Source: Polyangiales bacterium
GTDB taxonomy: Bacteria > Myxococcota_A > Polyangia > Polyangiales > JADJQN01
Reading direction: 5' to 3'
Length of the DNA: 64,000 nucleotides
NCBI GenBank assembly: GCA_964202905.1
Contig: CAXNJO010000003.1
Span: 288,001-352,000 of the forward strand
The position numbers and the translations under genes are program-made. Positions 54,197 through 64,000 of this stretch are shown in pieces. The notes under the pieces are model-generated. The model was not told where the DNA came from, made no database searches, and was given only the letters and a program-made list of their open reading frames with translations. Within the stretch, counting starts at the first letter, position 1. Every line of letters begins with the position of its first letter.

Positions 54197-56766
54197 ATGG
54201 ATAGAGAGATCTCGAGAGAACTCGTGCTCGCCGCGCTGCACGAGCGCGGCATCCGCGCCGTGCACGTCGGCGAGCTCGCGCAGAACCTCGACGCGAAGGA
54301 TCGCCGCGCGGAGATCGAAGCCGTCCTCGCCCTGCTCGCCGAGGATGGACTCGTGAAGGAGCTCCCCGGGCGCCGCTTCCGGCTCGCCGACAAGAAGGCC
54401 GCCCGCGCCGCGCGGACCGCGCCCGCGCCGACTGCGCCCCGCCCCGCCGCGCGTCCGACGCGCACCACGCTGCGCCCCGGCGGCGCGGCCTTCGACGCCG
54501 AGGAGACGGTCGGCGTGCTCTCGATGACGTCGCGCGGCTTCGGCTTCGTGTCCGTCCCGGGCGGGGCCGGCGACGTCTTCGTCCCGCACACCTCGCTCGG
54601 CGGCGCGCTGCACGGCGACCGCGTCCGCGTGCGCACGCGTCCGAGCGCGAAGGGGCGCGAGGGCGAGATCGTCGGGATCGAGGCGCACGGCCTGCAGCGC
54701 GTGGTCGGCGTGCTCGAGCGGCGCGGTCGCGCGCTGGTCATCGAGCCCACGGACGCCCGGCTGCGTGGGCCCTTCGTCGTCGAGGGCGCGCTCCCGCCGA
54801 ACGCCGACGAGGGCCTCGTGGTCGTCGCCGACATCCTGCGCTTCGCCGAGGGTCACGAGCCCACGACGGTGCGCGTGGTGCAGGGGCTCGGTCGCCCCGG
54901 CGTCGCGAGCGTGGAGATCGCGGCGATCAAGGCGCGCGACGGCATCGTCGAGGCCTTCCCCGAGGACGTCACACGCGAGGCCGACGCCCTGCCCGCCGAG
55001 GTGCCCGAGGCCGACAAGATCGGCCGCGAGGATCTCCGCGGCTTCGACCTCGTCACCATCGACCCCGAGGACGCGCGCGACCACGACGACGCGGTGTGCG
55101 CGGAGCGGCTCCCGGATGGCGGCTTCCGCATCCTCGTCGCGATCGCCGACGTCTCCCACTACGTCCGCGAGGGCACCGCGATCGACCGCGAGGCCGCGGC
55201 GCGCGGCTGCTCGATCTACCTGCCCGATCGCGCGATCCCGATGCTGCCGCACCAACTCAGCTCGACGCTCGCGTCGCTGCTGCCGAACGTCGATCGGCTC
55301 ACGCTCGCCGTCGAGGTCGAGATCACGAAGGAAGGCGTCGTCCGCGACTTCCGCTACGTCGAGGGCGTGATGCGCTCGGGCGCGAAGCTGCATTACGGCG
55401 CGGTCGCGCGCGCGCTCGGCCTCACCGATCAGGTCGAGAAGCTGCAGGCCGCCGAGGATCGCCGCGACGCGCTGCGCGTGCTCTTCGACGCGTCGAAGGT
55501 GCTGCGCGCGCGGCGCCGCCGGCGCGGCTCGCTCGACTTCGATCTCCCCGAGGCGCGCGTGACGCTCGACCCGGCGACGGGCGAGCCGGTGGACGTGTAC
55601 CGCTCGCGCACCGACCCGGGCGTGCGCGCGGCCTACGCGCTCATCGAGGACATGATGCTCCTCGCGAACGAGGTCGTCGCCGCCGACATGGCCAAGCGCG
55701 GGATCGCCACGATCTACCGCATCCACGGGGCGCCCGACGCGAAGAAGATCGGCATCTTCAGCGCGGTCGCCGCGTCGCTCGGCCACGTGCTCGACCCGGA
55801 CGCCGGCGAGCACCCGCGCAAGCTCCAGCGCTTTCTCGCCGCGATCGAGGGCACCCCGCAGGCGCAGGCGCTCTCGTACCTGCTGCTGCGCGCGATGCAG
55901 CAGGCCGTCTACGACACCACGAACATCGGGCACTTCGGGCTCGCCGCGCCGGACTACCTCCACTTCACCTCGCCGATCCGTCGCTATCCGGACCTCGCCG
56001 TGCACCGCGTGATCCGCGAGGTCATCCGCGGGCGGCGCGTGGATCCGAAGACGTGGCAGCCGAAGCTCGCGACCTGGGCCTCCGACTCGAGCCGCCTCGA
56101 GCGCCGCGCGATGGAAGCGGAGCGCGAGGCGGTCAACGTGTACCGCGCCATCCTCGTGCGCGATCGCCTCGGCGAGGTCTTCGACGCGACGATCACGAGC
56201 GTCGGCAACCAGGGCTTCTACGTCGCCTTCGACGCGCCGTTCGTCGAGTCGCTCGTGCCGCTCGAGGCGCTCTCCGGGCCCGTCGGCGGACGCGGGCGCG
56301 GCGACGCGTACGAGGTCGACGAGCTCGGCATCGCGCTCGTCGGCGTCGTGAGCGGCAAGCGGTACGCGATGGGCGATCGCCTCCGCGTGCGCCTGACGAG
56401 CGTGAACGTGCAGCGGCGCGAGATCCTCTCCGAGCCCGCGGGCGTCGAGGACGGGGACGCGCGCGATGGCGACACGGACGACGGAGCCGACGAAGGCGCC
56501 GACGACGCGGCGCCTCGGGCGGATCGCCCCATGATCCGGCCGACCTCGCGGCGCGAGCGCCCGCTGCTCGGCAAGAGCCTGAAGCGCGCCGGCACCAGCA
56601 CGAGCACGCGCGCGGCCGCGGGCAGTGCGCCCGGCCGCGACGGCAAGCCCGCCCGGAAGGGCGCCGCGGGCGGCAAGGGCACCGGCGGCAAGGGCACGGG
56701 CGGCAAGGGCACGGGCGGGAAGGCCGCAGGCGGCCCGAAGAGCACGAAAGGCAAGGGGAAGCGCTG

Positions 56767-56767
<1 letters not shown>
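54197..56767 (+). CDS. rnr: Ribonuclease R (VacB/RNase II family)
   Basis: GFGFV cold-shock domain, TIDPEDARDHDDAV, HFTSPIRRYPDL, S1 domain, basic tail. Confidence 0.95.
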
Positions 56768-58197
<1,430 letters not shown>

Positions 58198-58247
58198 AGG
58201 CGCCTCCGCGCATCGGCCCCGCGGGGTCGACGTCGAATCTCGCGAGG

Positions 58248-58307
58248 GAGAATCGGATTCATGCAGCGTGATGAATGGGATTCATCCGCCGCGAGAATCC
58301 GATTCTC
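58248..58307. repeat. Triple palindrome/REP-like element between convergent genes
   Basis: GAATnnGATTC x3; outer 13-bp perfect inverted repeat. Confidence 0.75.
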
Positions 58308-59457
58308 AATACCCCTCTACCTTCGAGATGATCTCGTTCATGATCTCGCGCGTGCCGCCGCCGATCGGGTAGAGGCGCGCGTCGCGGTAGAGGCGCTCGA
58401 CGAGCACGCCGCGCGTGTAGCCCGCGCCGCCGTGCAGCTGCACCGCCTGATCGACGACGAACGAGCACATATCCGTCGCGGTGTTCTTCGCCATCGCGGC
58501 CTGCGCCGGGTCCTGCTCGCCCCGCACGTAGCGGGCGGCGCATTCGCCGGTGAGCGCGCGCGCCGCGGCGAGGCGGGTCGCCATCTCGGCGAGCTTGTGG
58601 CGCGTCACCTGAAAGCCCGTGAGCGGCTTGCCGAAGGCGCTCCGCAGGCGCGCGTACGCCACGGACTCGCGGTAGGCGAGCTCGGCGATCGCGACGCACT
58701 GCCCTGCGAGGTAGAGCCGCTCGGCGACGAAGTTCGCCATGATCGCGACGAAGCCCGCGTTCTCGAGGCCGACGAGGTTCTCGACGGGGACGCGGCAGCC
58801 CTCGAACGTGAGCTCGGCGGTGTCGCTCGCGCACCAGCCCGTCTTCTCGAGCTTCTTCGAGACGACGTAGCCGGGCGTGTCGCGCGCGATCACGAGCAGC
58901 GAGACGCCCCCGTGCCCCGGCCCGCCCGTGCGCACCGCGCAGGTGATCCAGTCGGCGCGCGTGCCCGAGGTGATGAACGTCTTCTGGCCGGTGACGACGT
59001 AGTGATCGCCGTCGCGCTCGGCGCGCGTGCGGAGCGACGCGACGTCGGAGCCGCCCCCCGGCTCGGTGATCGCGAGCGCGCTCACCTGCTCGCCGCGCAG
59101 CACGGGCGCGACGAAGCGCTGCTGCTGTTCGGGCGTGCCGAACTTCACGATCGGCGGCGCGGCGATGCCGTGCGAGCCGAGCCCGACGACGGCCCCGACG
59201 CTGCGGCCCGCGAGGACGAGCTCCTCGCTCGCGACGAGCGTGTGCGTGAGGTCGCCACCCGTGCCGCCGAGGGACTCGGGGTAGCCGATGCCGAGCACGC
59301 CCGCGTCGGCCGCGGCGCGGTAGAGGTCGCGGGGGAACTCGCCCTCCTCTTCCCAGCGCGTCGCGTGGGGCGCGATCGCGCGCTCGGCGAAGCGGCGCAC
59401 CTGCTGGCGGAGCGCGGCGTGCTCGCTCGTCTCGAAGAAGTAGGTCGAAGAGGCCAT
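58306..59457 (-). CDS. Acyl-CoA dehydrogenase
   Basis: ALAITEPGGGSDV, GQKTFITSG, QLHGGAGY, YRDARLYPIGGGTREIM. Confidence 0.96.
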   Translation of the reverse strand: MASSTYFFETSEHAALRQQVRRFAERAIAPHATRWEEEGEFPRDLYRAAADAGVLGIGYPESLGGTGGDLTHTLVASEELVLAGRSVGAVVGLGSHGIAAPPIVKFGTPEQQQRFVAPVLRGEQVSALAITEPGGGSDVASLRTRAERDGDHYVVTGQKTFITSGTRADWITCAVRTGGPGHGGVSLLVIARDTPGYVVSKKLEKTGWCASDTAELTFEGCRVPVENLVGLENAGFVAIMANFVAERLYLAGQCVAIAELAYRESVAYARLRSAFGKPLTGFQVTRHKLAEMATRLAAARALTGECAARYVRGEQDPAQAAMAKNTATDMCSFVVDQAVQLHGGAGYTRGVLVERLYRDARLYPIGGGTREIMNEIISKVEGY

Positions 59458-59528
59458 CGGCGGTTCGTGTACCGCGCCCGCGCTGCGGCGGGAAGCGGCG
59501 CGCGCGGACACGGTATGCTCCGCCGCGC

Positions 59529-60797
59529 ATGTCGCCCCCCGCTGCCAGCCTCGTCGTCGTGATCGGGAGGGCGGAGGACTGCGATCTCCGCCTCGACGAG
59601 CCGACCATCTCCGGTCACCACGCGCGGCTTTCGTGGTCGGCGCGGCGCATCGTCGTCGAGGATCTCGGCAGCGCGAACGGTGTCTTCGTCGCGGGCCAGC
59701 GCGTGCCCCGCGGGCTCGTGCGGCCCGGCGACGACGTGCGCCTCGGCGACGCGCCGCTGCCGTGGAGCGACCCGCGGCTCCGCGCCTTCCTCCGCGGCGG
59801 CGCGCGCGGCGACACGATGGTGGGCGTGCGCCGACCGGGTCGCGCGTTCACGTGTGGCGCGTGCGGCGCGGGCGGGATCTTGCCGCCCGGCGCGAGCGGC
59901 GCGCTGATCCGCTGCGGCGCGTGCGGCGAGCAGCTCTCGCTCGAGCGCGGCGCGTCGGGCGGGGGGCTCGCGTGGGCGGGCGTCGGCGCGCTGCTCGTCG
60001 TGGCGCTGCTCGTGGTCGGCGCAGCCTGGTGGGCCTGGTCGAACCCCGACGCCGCGCGGGAGACGCTCGCCGTCGCCGCCCCCACGGTGCTGCCCATGCG
60101 CGAGGCGACGCCCGACGCCGGCCCGCCCGCCGCGAGCCCGCAGGAGGCCGCGATCCGCGCGCAGGTGGCGCAGGACATCGCCCGCGCGATCGACGCCGAC
60201 TCACCGATCACGCGCAGCCTCGCCGTGCGCATCGCGGCCACGTCGGAGGGGGCGTTCCACGTCGAGCAGGTCGCGCAGCTGTGGACGTACGTGCGCGGCC
60301 GCTGGAAGTACGTGAACGACCCGCGCGGCAAGGAGTACTTCGCGCGGGCGAGCGAGACGGTCACCAACGAATTCGCCGGTGATTGCGACGATTTCGCGAT
60401 CGTACTCGTCGCGCTCGTGAGCGCGATCGGGGGCGAGGCGCGGCTCGTCATGATGGACGGGCCGGAGGGCGGCCACGCGTACGCGGAGGCGTGCGTGCAG
60501 CAGTCGCCGGAGACCGTCGCCGCGAAGCTGAAGCGGCACTACGAGCGGAGCTGGGACCGCTACCTCGGGCGGCAGCGCGTGCGCAACATCAGCTTCCGCG
60601 CGTCCTCCGGTTGTCCGGTGTGGCTCAACCTCGACTGGAGCGCCGGCGTGCCCGGCGGCCCGTACACGCAGGAGCGCTGGGCCGTCGCCGTGCGGCCCGA
60701 CGCCTCGACGGAGACGCTCGGCGCCGCGGGCTCACCGAGCGCGAGCGCGCAAGCGGGCGGCTCGCACGTGCAGACCGCCGCGCTGCCGCCACGATGA
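59529..60797 (+). CDS. FHA + Zn-ribbon + TM + transglutaminase-like protein
   Basis: IGR...SGHHA...DLGSANG (FHA); CGAC...CGAC; TM helix; YVNDP, GDCDDFA, GHAYAE, WLNLD. Confidence 0.85.
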   Translation: MSPPAASLVVVIGRAEDCDLRLDEPTISGHHARLSWSARRIVVEDLGSANGVFVAGQRVPRGLVRPGDDVRLGDAPLPWSDPRLRAFLRGGARGDTMVGVRRPGRAFTCGACGAGGILPPGASGALIRCGACGEQLSLERGASGGGLAWAGVGALLVVALLVVGAAWWAWSNPDAARETLAVAAPTVLPMREATPDAGPPAASPQEAAIRAQVAQDIARAIDADSPITRSLAVRIAATSEGAFHVEQVAQLWTYVRGRWKYVNDPRGKEYFARASETVTNEFAGDCDDFAIVLVALVSAIGGEARLVMMDGPEGGHAYAEACVQQSPETVAAKLKRHYERSWDRYLGRQRVRNISFRASSGCPVWLNLDWSAGVPGGPYTQERWAVAVRPDASTETLGAAGSPSASAQAGGSHVQTAALPPR

Positions 60798-61630
60798 CCC
60801 GCGCACGCGACGCGCGGCCGGCGGATGACGCGTTGCGTCAAGCCGACGACGCGCCGCCTGTCATGGGCGATGTGCGCCCCGCCGCGGGCGACGCCGCGAC
60901 CGCCGCGCCGCTGCTCGTCGTCGGGCTGCGCGGCGAGGTGCGCGTGGTCGCGCTCGCCGACGCCGACCGCGCGACCGCCCTGCGGCGCGGCGTGACCGAG
61001 GCCCAGCACGACGCGGCCCCGCACGCGGCACGCGGCACGCTCACGACGCTGCGCGCGGCGGGCGCGGCGTTCGCCACGCTGCGCGCGCCCGACCGTCGGC
61101 CGCATCCGGCGTGCGCTCGCGCGCTGCTCGCTCGGATCGATGCGCGCGCACGGGCCACCGGGCTCCGCGTGCTCGTCGGGGCGCCGGAGGGCGGACCGCT
61201 GCACGCGCCGCAGGCCTGGTGCGACGCGCGCGCCGCGTCGACGGAGACGGAGTTCGCGCTGCGCCTCGCGCTCTGCGACGACGTGGACGAGCCCGCCGGC
61301 GCCGTCGCAGCCACCGGGCCGGTGCGGGACCGGTTCGCCCGCGCCGTGCGCGCTGCGCTGCCCGCGCTCGAGGCCGCGAGCGGCGCCACGCTCGCGCTCG
61401 CGCCGTCCGCAGAGGGGGCCCTCGTCGTGCGCGCCGAGAGCCCGGCGCTCGGCCCGCACGCGCTGCTCGCCGCGTTGATCGCCGCGGGCGTCGATCTGCT
61501 TTCCGCGCACGGGCTCCGCGATGGGCCGCACGCGCCGACGCTCGCGGCGCTGCTCGGCGACGCCGTCGCGGCGCGGCTCGCGCTCCCGGACGGTGCGCCC
61601 TCCACGCCCACGGAGCGCCCGAATCGTTGA
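60794..61630 (+). CDS. Hypothetical protein
   Basis: ATGA-coupled to the upstream gene; Ala-rich 278 aa. Confidence 0.5.
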   Translation: MTRARDARPADDALRQADDAPPVMGDVRPAAGDAATAAPLLVVGLRGEVRVVALADADRATALRRGVTEAQHDAAPHAARGTLTTLRAAGAAFATLRAPDRRPHPACARALLARIDARARATGLRVLVGAPEGGPLHAPQAWCDARAASTETEFALRLALCDDVDEPAGAVAATGPVRDRFARAVRAALPALEAASGATLALAPSAEGALVVRAESPALGPHALLAALIAAGVDLLSAHGLRDGPHAPTLAALLGDAVAARLALPDGAPSTPTERPNR

Positions 61631-61654
61631 CACGCCGACCGTCGCCGCTCTAGC

Positions 61655-63583
61655 GTGCCAACCGTTCTCGTGAAGCCCCTCCCCGGCCCGGACACGTCGC
61701 GCGGCACGGATCCGCCGCTCCATCTCGAGCCGACGGAGGCCCTGGCGTTCCAGTGGCGGATGACGCGCGGCATGCTCATCGCGATCAGCGCGCTCGGCGT
61801 CGTCGTCACGGGCCTGACGACGAGCGACGCCCTCGGCTGGACGCAGCTCGGGACCGCCGACTCGTTCGCCTACCCTTCGCTCGGCCCGGCGATCGTCGGG
61901 GCGACCACGCTCGCGTTCACCGTCCTGGTCGAGTTCCACCGGCGCGGCGCGGAGTGGCCCCTCCGCGCCATCACGCTGGTGCTCGTCCCCATGCTGGTCG
62001 CCGGCGCGCGGGGCGCGTCCTTCCATGCTTCGGTGCCACAGGTCGTGTGGATTCCGACGCTGCTCGCGTACGCGCTGACCACGCAGCGCTGGTCGCTGTT
62101 CATCGCCGCGGTCAGCGTCGGCACCGCGGTGCTCACGCAGCCCGAGGTGCGCAGGTTGGAGTCCCCGGTGCCGTTGATCGTCTCGGTGCTCATCGTCGCG
62201 ATCCTCGCGACCTCGCGCGCCATCCACGACAAGCTCCACGGCGACGCACGCGCGCACGTCGCGCACGTCGCGCGGCTCGCGGCGACCGACGACCTCACGG
62301 ACCTCCCGAACCGCCGCGCCCTCGGCGCCCGCCTCGAGACGCTGCTCGAGCAGGCGCGCCGCCGCGGCGAGGGCGTGGCCGTGCTCTTCGTCGGTCTCGA
62401 CGGCTTCACGGCCGTCAACGAGACGCTCGGACACGCGAAGGGCGACCGCGTCCTCATCGAGGCGGGCGCGCGGCTCCGCGCCTGCGCGGACGACGGCGAC
62501 TTCGTCGCGCGCTTCGGCGGCGACGAGTTCGTGGTGCTGCTCACCGGGCTCCGCGACCGCGCGCGCATCGACGAGATGGCGGCGCGGATCCTCGCGTCCC
62601 TCGCGCGTCCCTACCTCTTCGGCGAGGAGCAGGCCTTCCTCTCCGGCAGCATCGGCGCCGCACAATCGCCGACCGATGGCGCGCTCGCGACGGACCTCCT
62701 CCGCGCGGCGGACCAGGCGCTCGCGGCGGCGAAGGAGTCGGGGCGCAACCGCTTCACGCACTTCAACGCGCGCCTGCAAGAGGACGCGGAGCAGCGCACG
62801 CGCCTCGCGCACGACCTCCGCGCCGCCCTCGCGAACGGCGAGATCACCGTGCACTACCAGCCCATCGTCGAGCTCGCGACGGGCGCGATCCACAAGGCCG
62901 AGGCGCTCGCGCGCTGGAAGCACCCCACGCGCGGCTGGATCAGCCCGGCGATCTTCATCCCGATCGCCGAGTCCACCGGGCTCATCCACGACCTCGGCGA
63001 CCAGATCTTCCGGGAGGCGGTCGAGCAGGTCGCGCGTTGGCGCGCCGCGCACTCGCCGCGTTTTCAGATCAGCGTCAACCGCTCGCCCGCGCAGTTCCGC
63101 GTCGGCGGCGGCGACCGCATCTTCTGGCCGCGGCACCTCGAGGAGCGCGGGCTCGCGGGCGACAGCATCGTGCTCGAGATCACCGAGGGTCTCCTGCTCG
63201 ACGACACGCGCGGCGTCCTCGAGCACCTCGAGGCCCTGCGCGACGCGGGCATCGGCGTGTCGCTCGACGACTTCGGCACGGGCTATTCGGCGCTCGCCTA
63301 CCTGCACAAGTACCCGATCGACTACGTGAAGATCGACCAGTCCTTCGTGCGCGCGCTCGCGCCGGCGTCGAAGCACCTCGCGCTCTGCAAGGCCATCGTC
63401 CACATGGCGCACGAGCTCGGCATGAAGGTCGTCGCCGAGGGCGTCGAGACGCCCGAGCAGCGCGCGCTGCTCCACGCGGCGGGCTGCGACTACGCGCAGG
63501 GCTACCTCTACGCGCGCCCCCTCCCAGCGGCCGACCTCGAGCCGCTGCTCGCGTCGCCGCCGTCCCACGCCGTCGCCAGCTGA
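61655..63583 (+). CDS. Membrane GGDEF-EAL c-di-GMP signalling protein
   Basis: N-terminal TMs; [43 protein letters not shown]. Confidence 0.95.
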   Translation: MPTVLVKPLPGPDTSRGTDPPLHLEPTEALAFQWRMTRGMLIAISALGVVVTGLTTSDALGWTQLGTADSFAYPSLGPAIVGATTLAFTVLVEFHRRGAEWPLRAITLVLVPMLVAGARGASFHASVPQVVWIPTLLAYALTTQRWSLFIAAVSVGTAVLTQPEVRRLESPVPLIVSVLIVAILATSRAIHDKLHGDARAHVAHVARLAATDDLTDLPNRRALGARLETLLEQARRRGEGVAVLFVGLDGFTAVNETLGHAKGDRVLIEAGARLRACADDGDFVARFGGDEFVVLLTGLRDRARIDEMAARILASLARPYLFGEEQAFLSGSIGAAQSPTDGALATDLLRAADQALAAAKESGRNRFTHFNARLQEDAEQRTRLAHDLRAALANGEITVHYQPIVELATGAIHKAEALARWKHPTRGWISPAIFIPIAESTGLIHDLGDQIFREAVEQVARWRAAHSPRFQISVNRSPAQFRVGGGDRIFWPRHLEERGLAGDSIVLEITEGLLLDDTRGVLEHLEALRDAGIGVSLDDFGTGYSALAYLHKYPIDYVKIDQSFVRALAPASKHLALCKAIVHMAHELGMKVVAEGVETPEQRALLHAAGCDYAQGYLYARPLPAADLEPLLASPPSHAVAS

Positions 63584-63625
63584 CGGGTCCGCGACGCCGG
63601 GCCGGGCGTTGTAAGCTCGCGGGCG

Positions 63626-64000
63626 ATGAAGCTCCTGCCGACGAGGTTCCTCCCGGAGCGCCCGCTGCGGCTCCCGCGCCTGCGCCCGTACGTCCCGCAG
63701 CCCACGGACCCGCCCATCTTCTGGTTCAACCCGGAGCGCGACGACATCGTGCGCGAGGCCGTGCGCCGCATCGTCGAGCAGAAGGCCGAGAGCGGTCGCG
63801 TGGAGCTCGTGCTCAACGACGTCGCCTACCACGAGGCCGAGCGCCTCGAGCGCCAGCGGGACGCCGAGTCGCGTGAATCGCTCGGGTTCTGGCGCGGCGT
63901 CTTGCGGCGCGTCGGGCGCATGTCCGACGCCGAGAAGCGCGAGACGCTGCGCTCGATCACCGAGCACATGGTCCGCGACATCGCGGGCAACTTCGATCCG
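63626..64000 (+). CDS. Probable glycerol-3-phosphate acyltransferase (PlsB-like), N-terminal part (runs off the window edge)
   Basis: Open frame to the edge; LNDVAYHE...RDIAGNFDP resembles the N-terminus of myxobacterial PlsB-like proteins; catalytic motif not in the window. Confidence 0.55.
   Translation, partial: MKLLPTRFLPERPLRLPRLRPYVPQPTDPPIFWFNPERDDIVREAVRRIVEQKAESGRVELVLNDVAYHEAERLERQRDAESRESLGFWRGVLRRVGRMSDAEKRETLRSITEHMVRDIAGNFDP

Overview
Very GC-rich bacterial DNA. The style of the secreted lipoproteins, the FG-GAP, TPR and DUF1549-like proteins and a PlsB-like N-terminus suggest Myxococcota (Polyangia/Sandaracinaceae-like); this taxonomy is inference. A core backbone is interrupted by two accessory blocks. 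The backbone holds a cytochrome c/DUF1549-like cluster, an FG-GAP protein, an MFS transporter, pheA, a twin beta-barrel/ceramidase-like cluster, rnr, thymidine phosphorylase, acyl-CoA dehydrogenase, an FHA-transglutaminase protein, a GGDEF-EAL protein and a plsB-like gene. (1) A 16.4-kb mosaic island (7178-23584) is bracketed by a ~113-bp direct duplication of host sequence. Its left 11 kb is a head-to-tail array of four 5'-truncated IS91/ISCR-like HUH transposase remnants. Each ends in a conserved oriIS-like terminus (...TACGCG) followed by a different block of foreign chromosomal DNA that starts in a broken gene, resembling a gene-capture cassette array. The rest of the island is a stack of gene and IS fragments (atoE, pntA, IS3 end, GGDEF, IS66). 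(2) A defence-like block (~34.7-43.5 kb) holds a heavily frameshifted type I R-M system (hsdM-hsdS-GIY-YIG/DUF4357-hsdR) and a low-GC Hint-domain protein. Many frameshifts look like long-read consensus errors. No tRNA, rRNA or CRISPR array was found. Family assignments come from motif recognition by eye; no database search was run.
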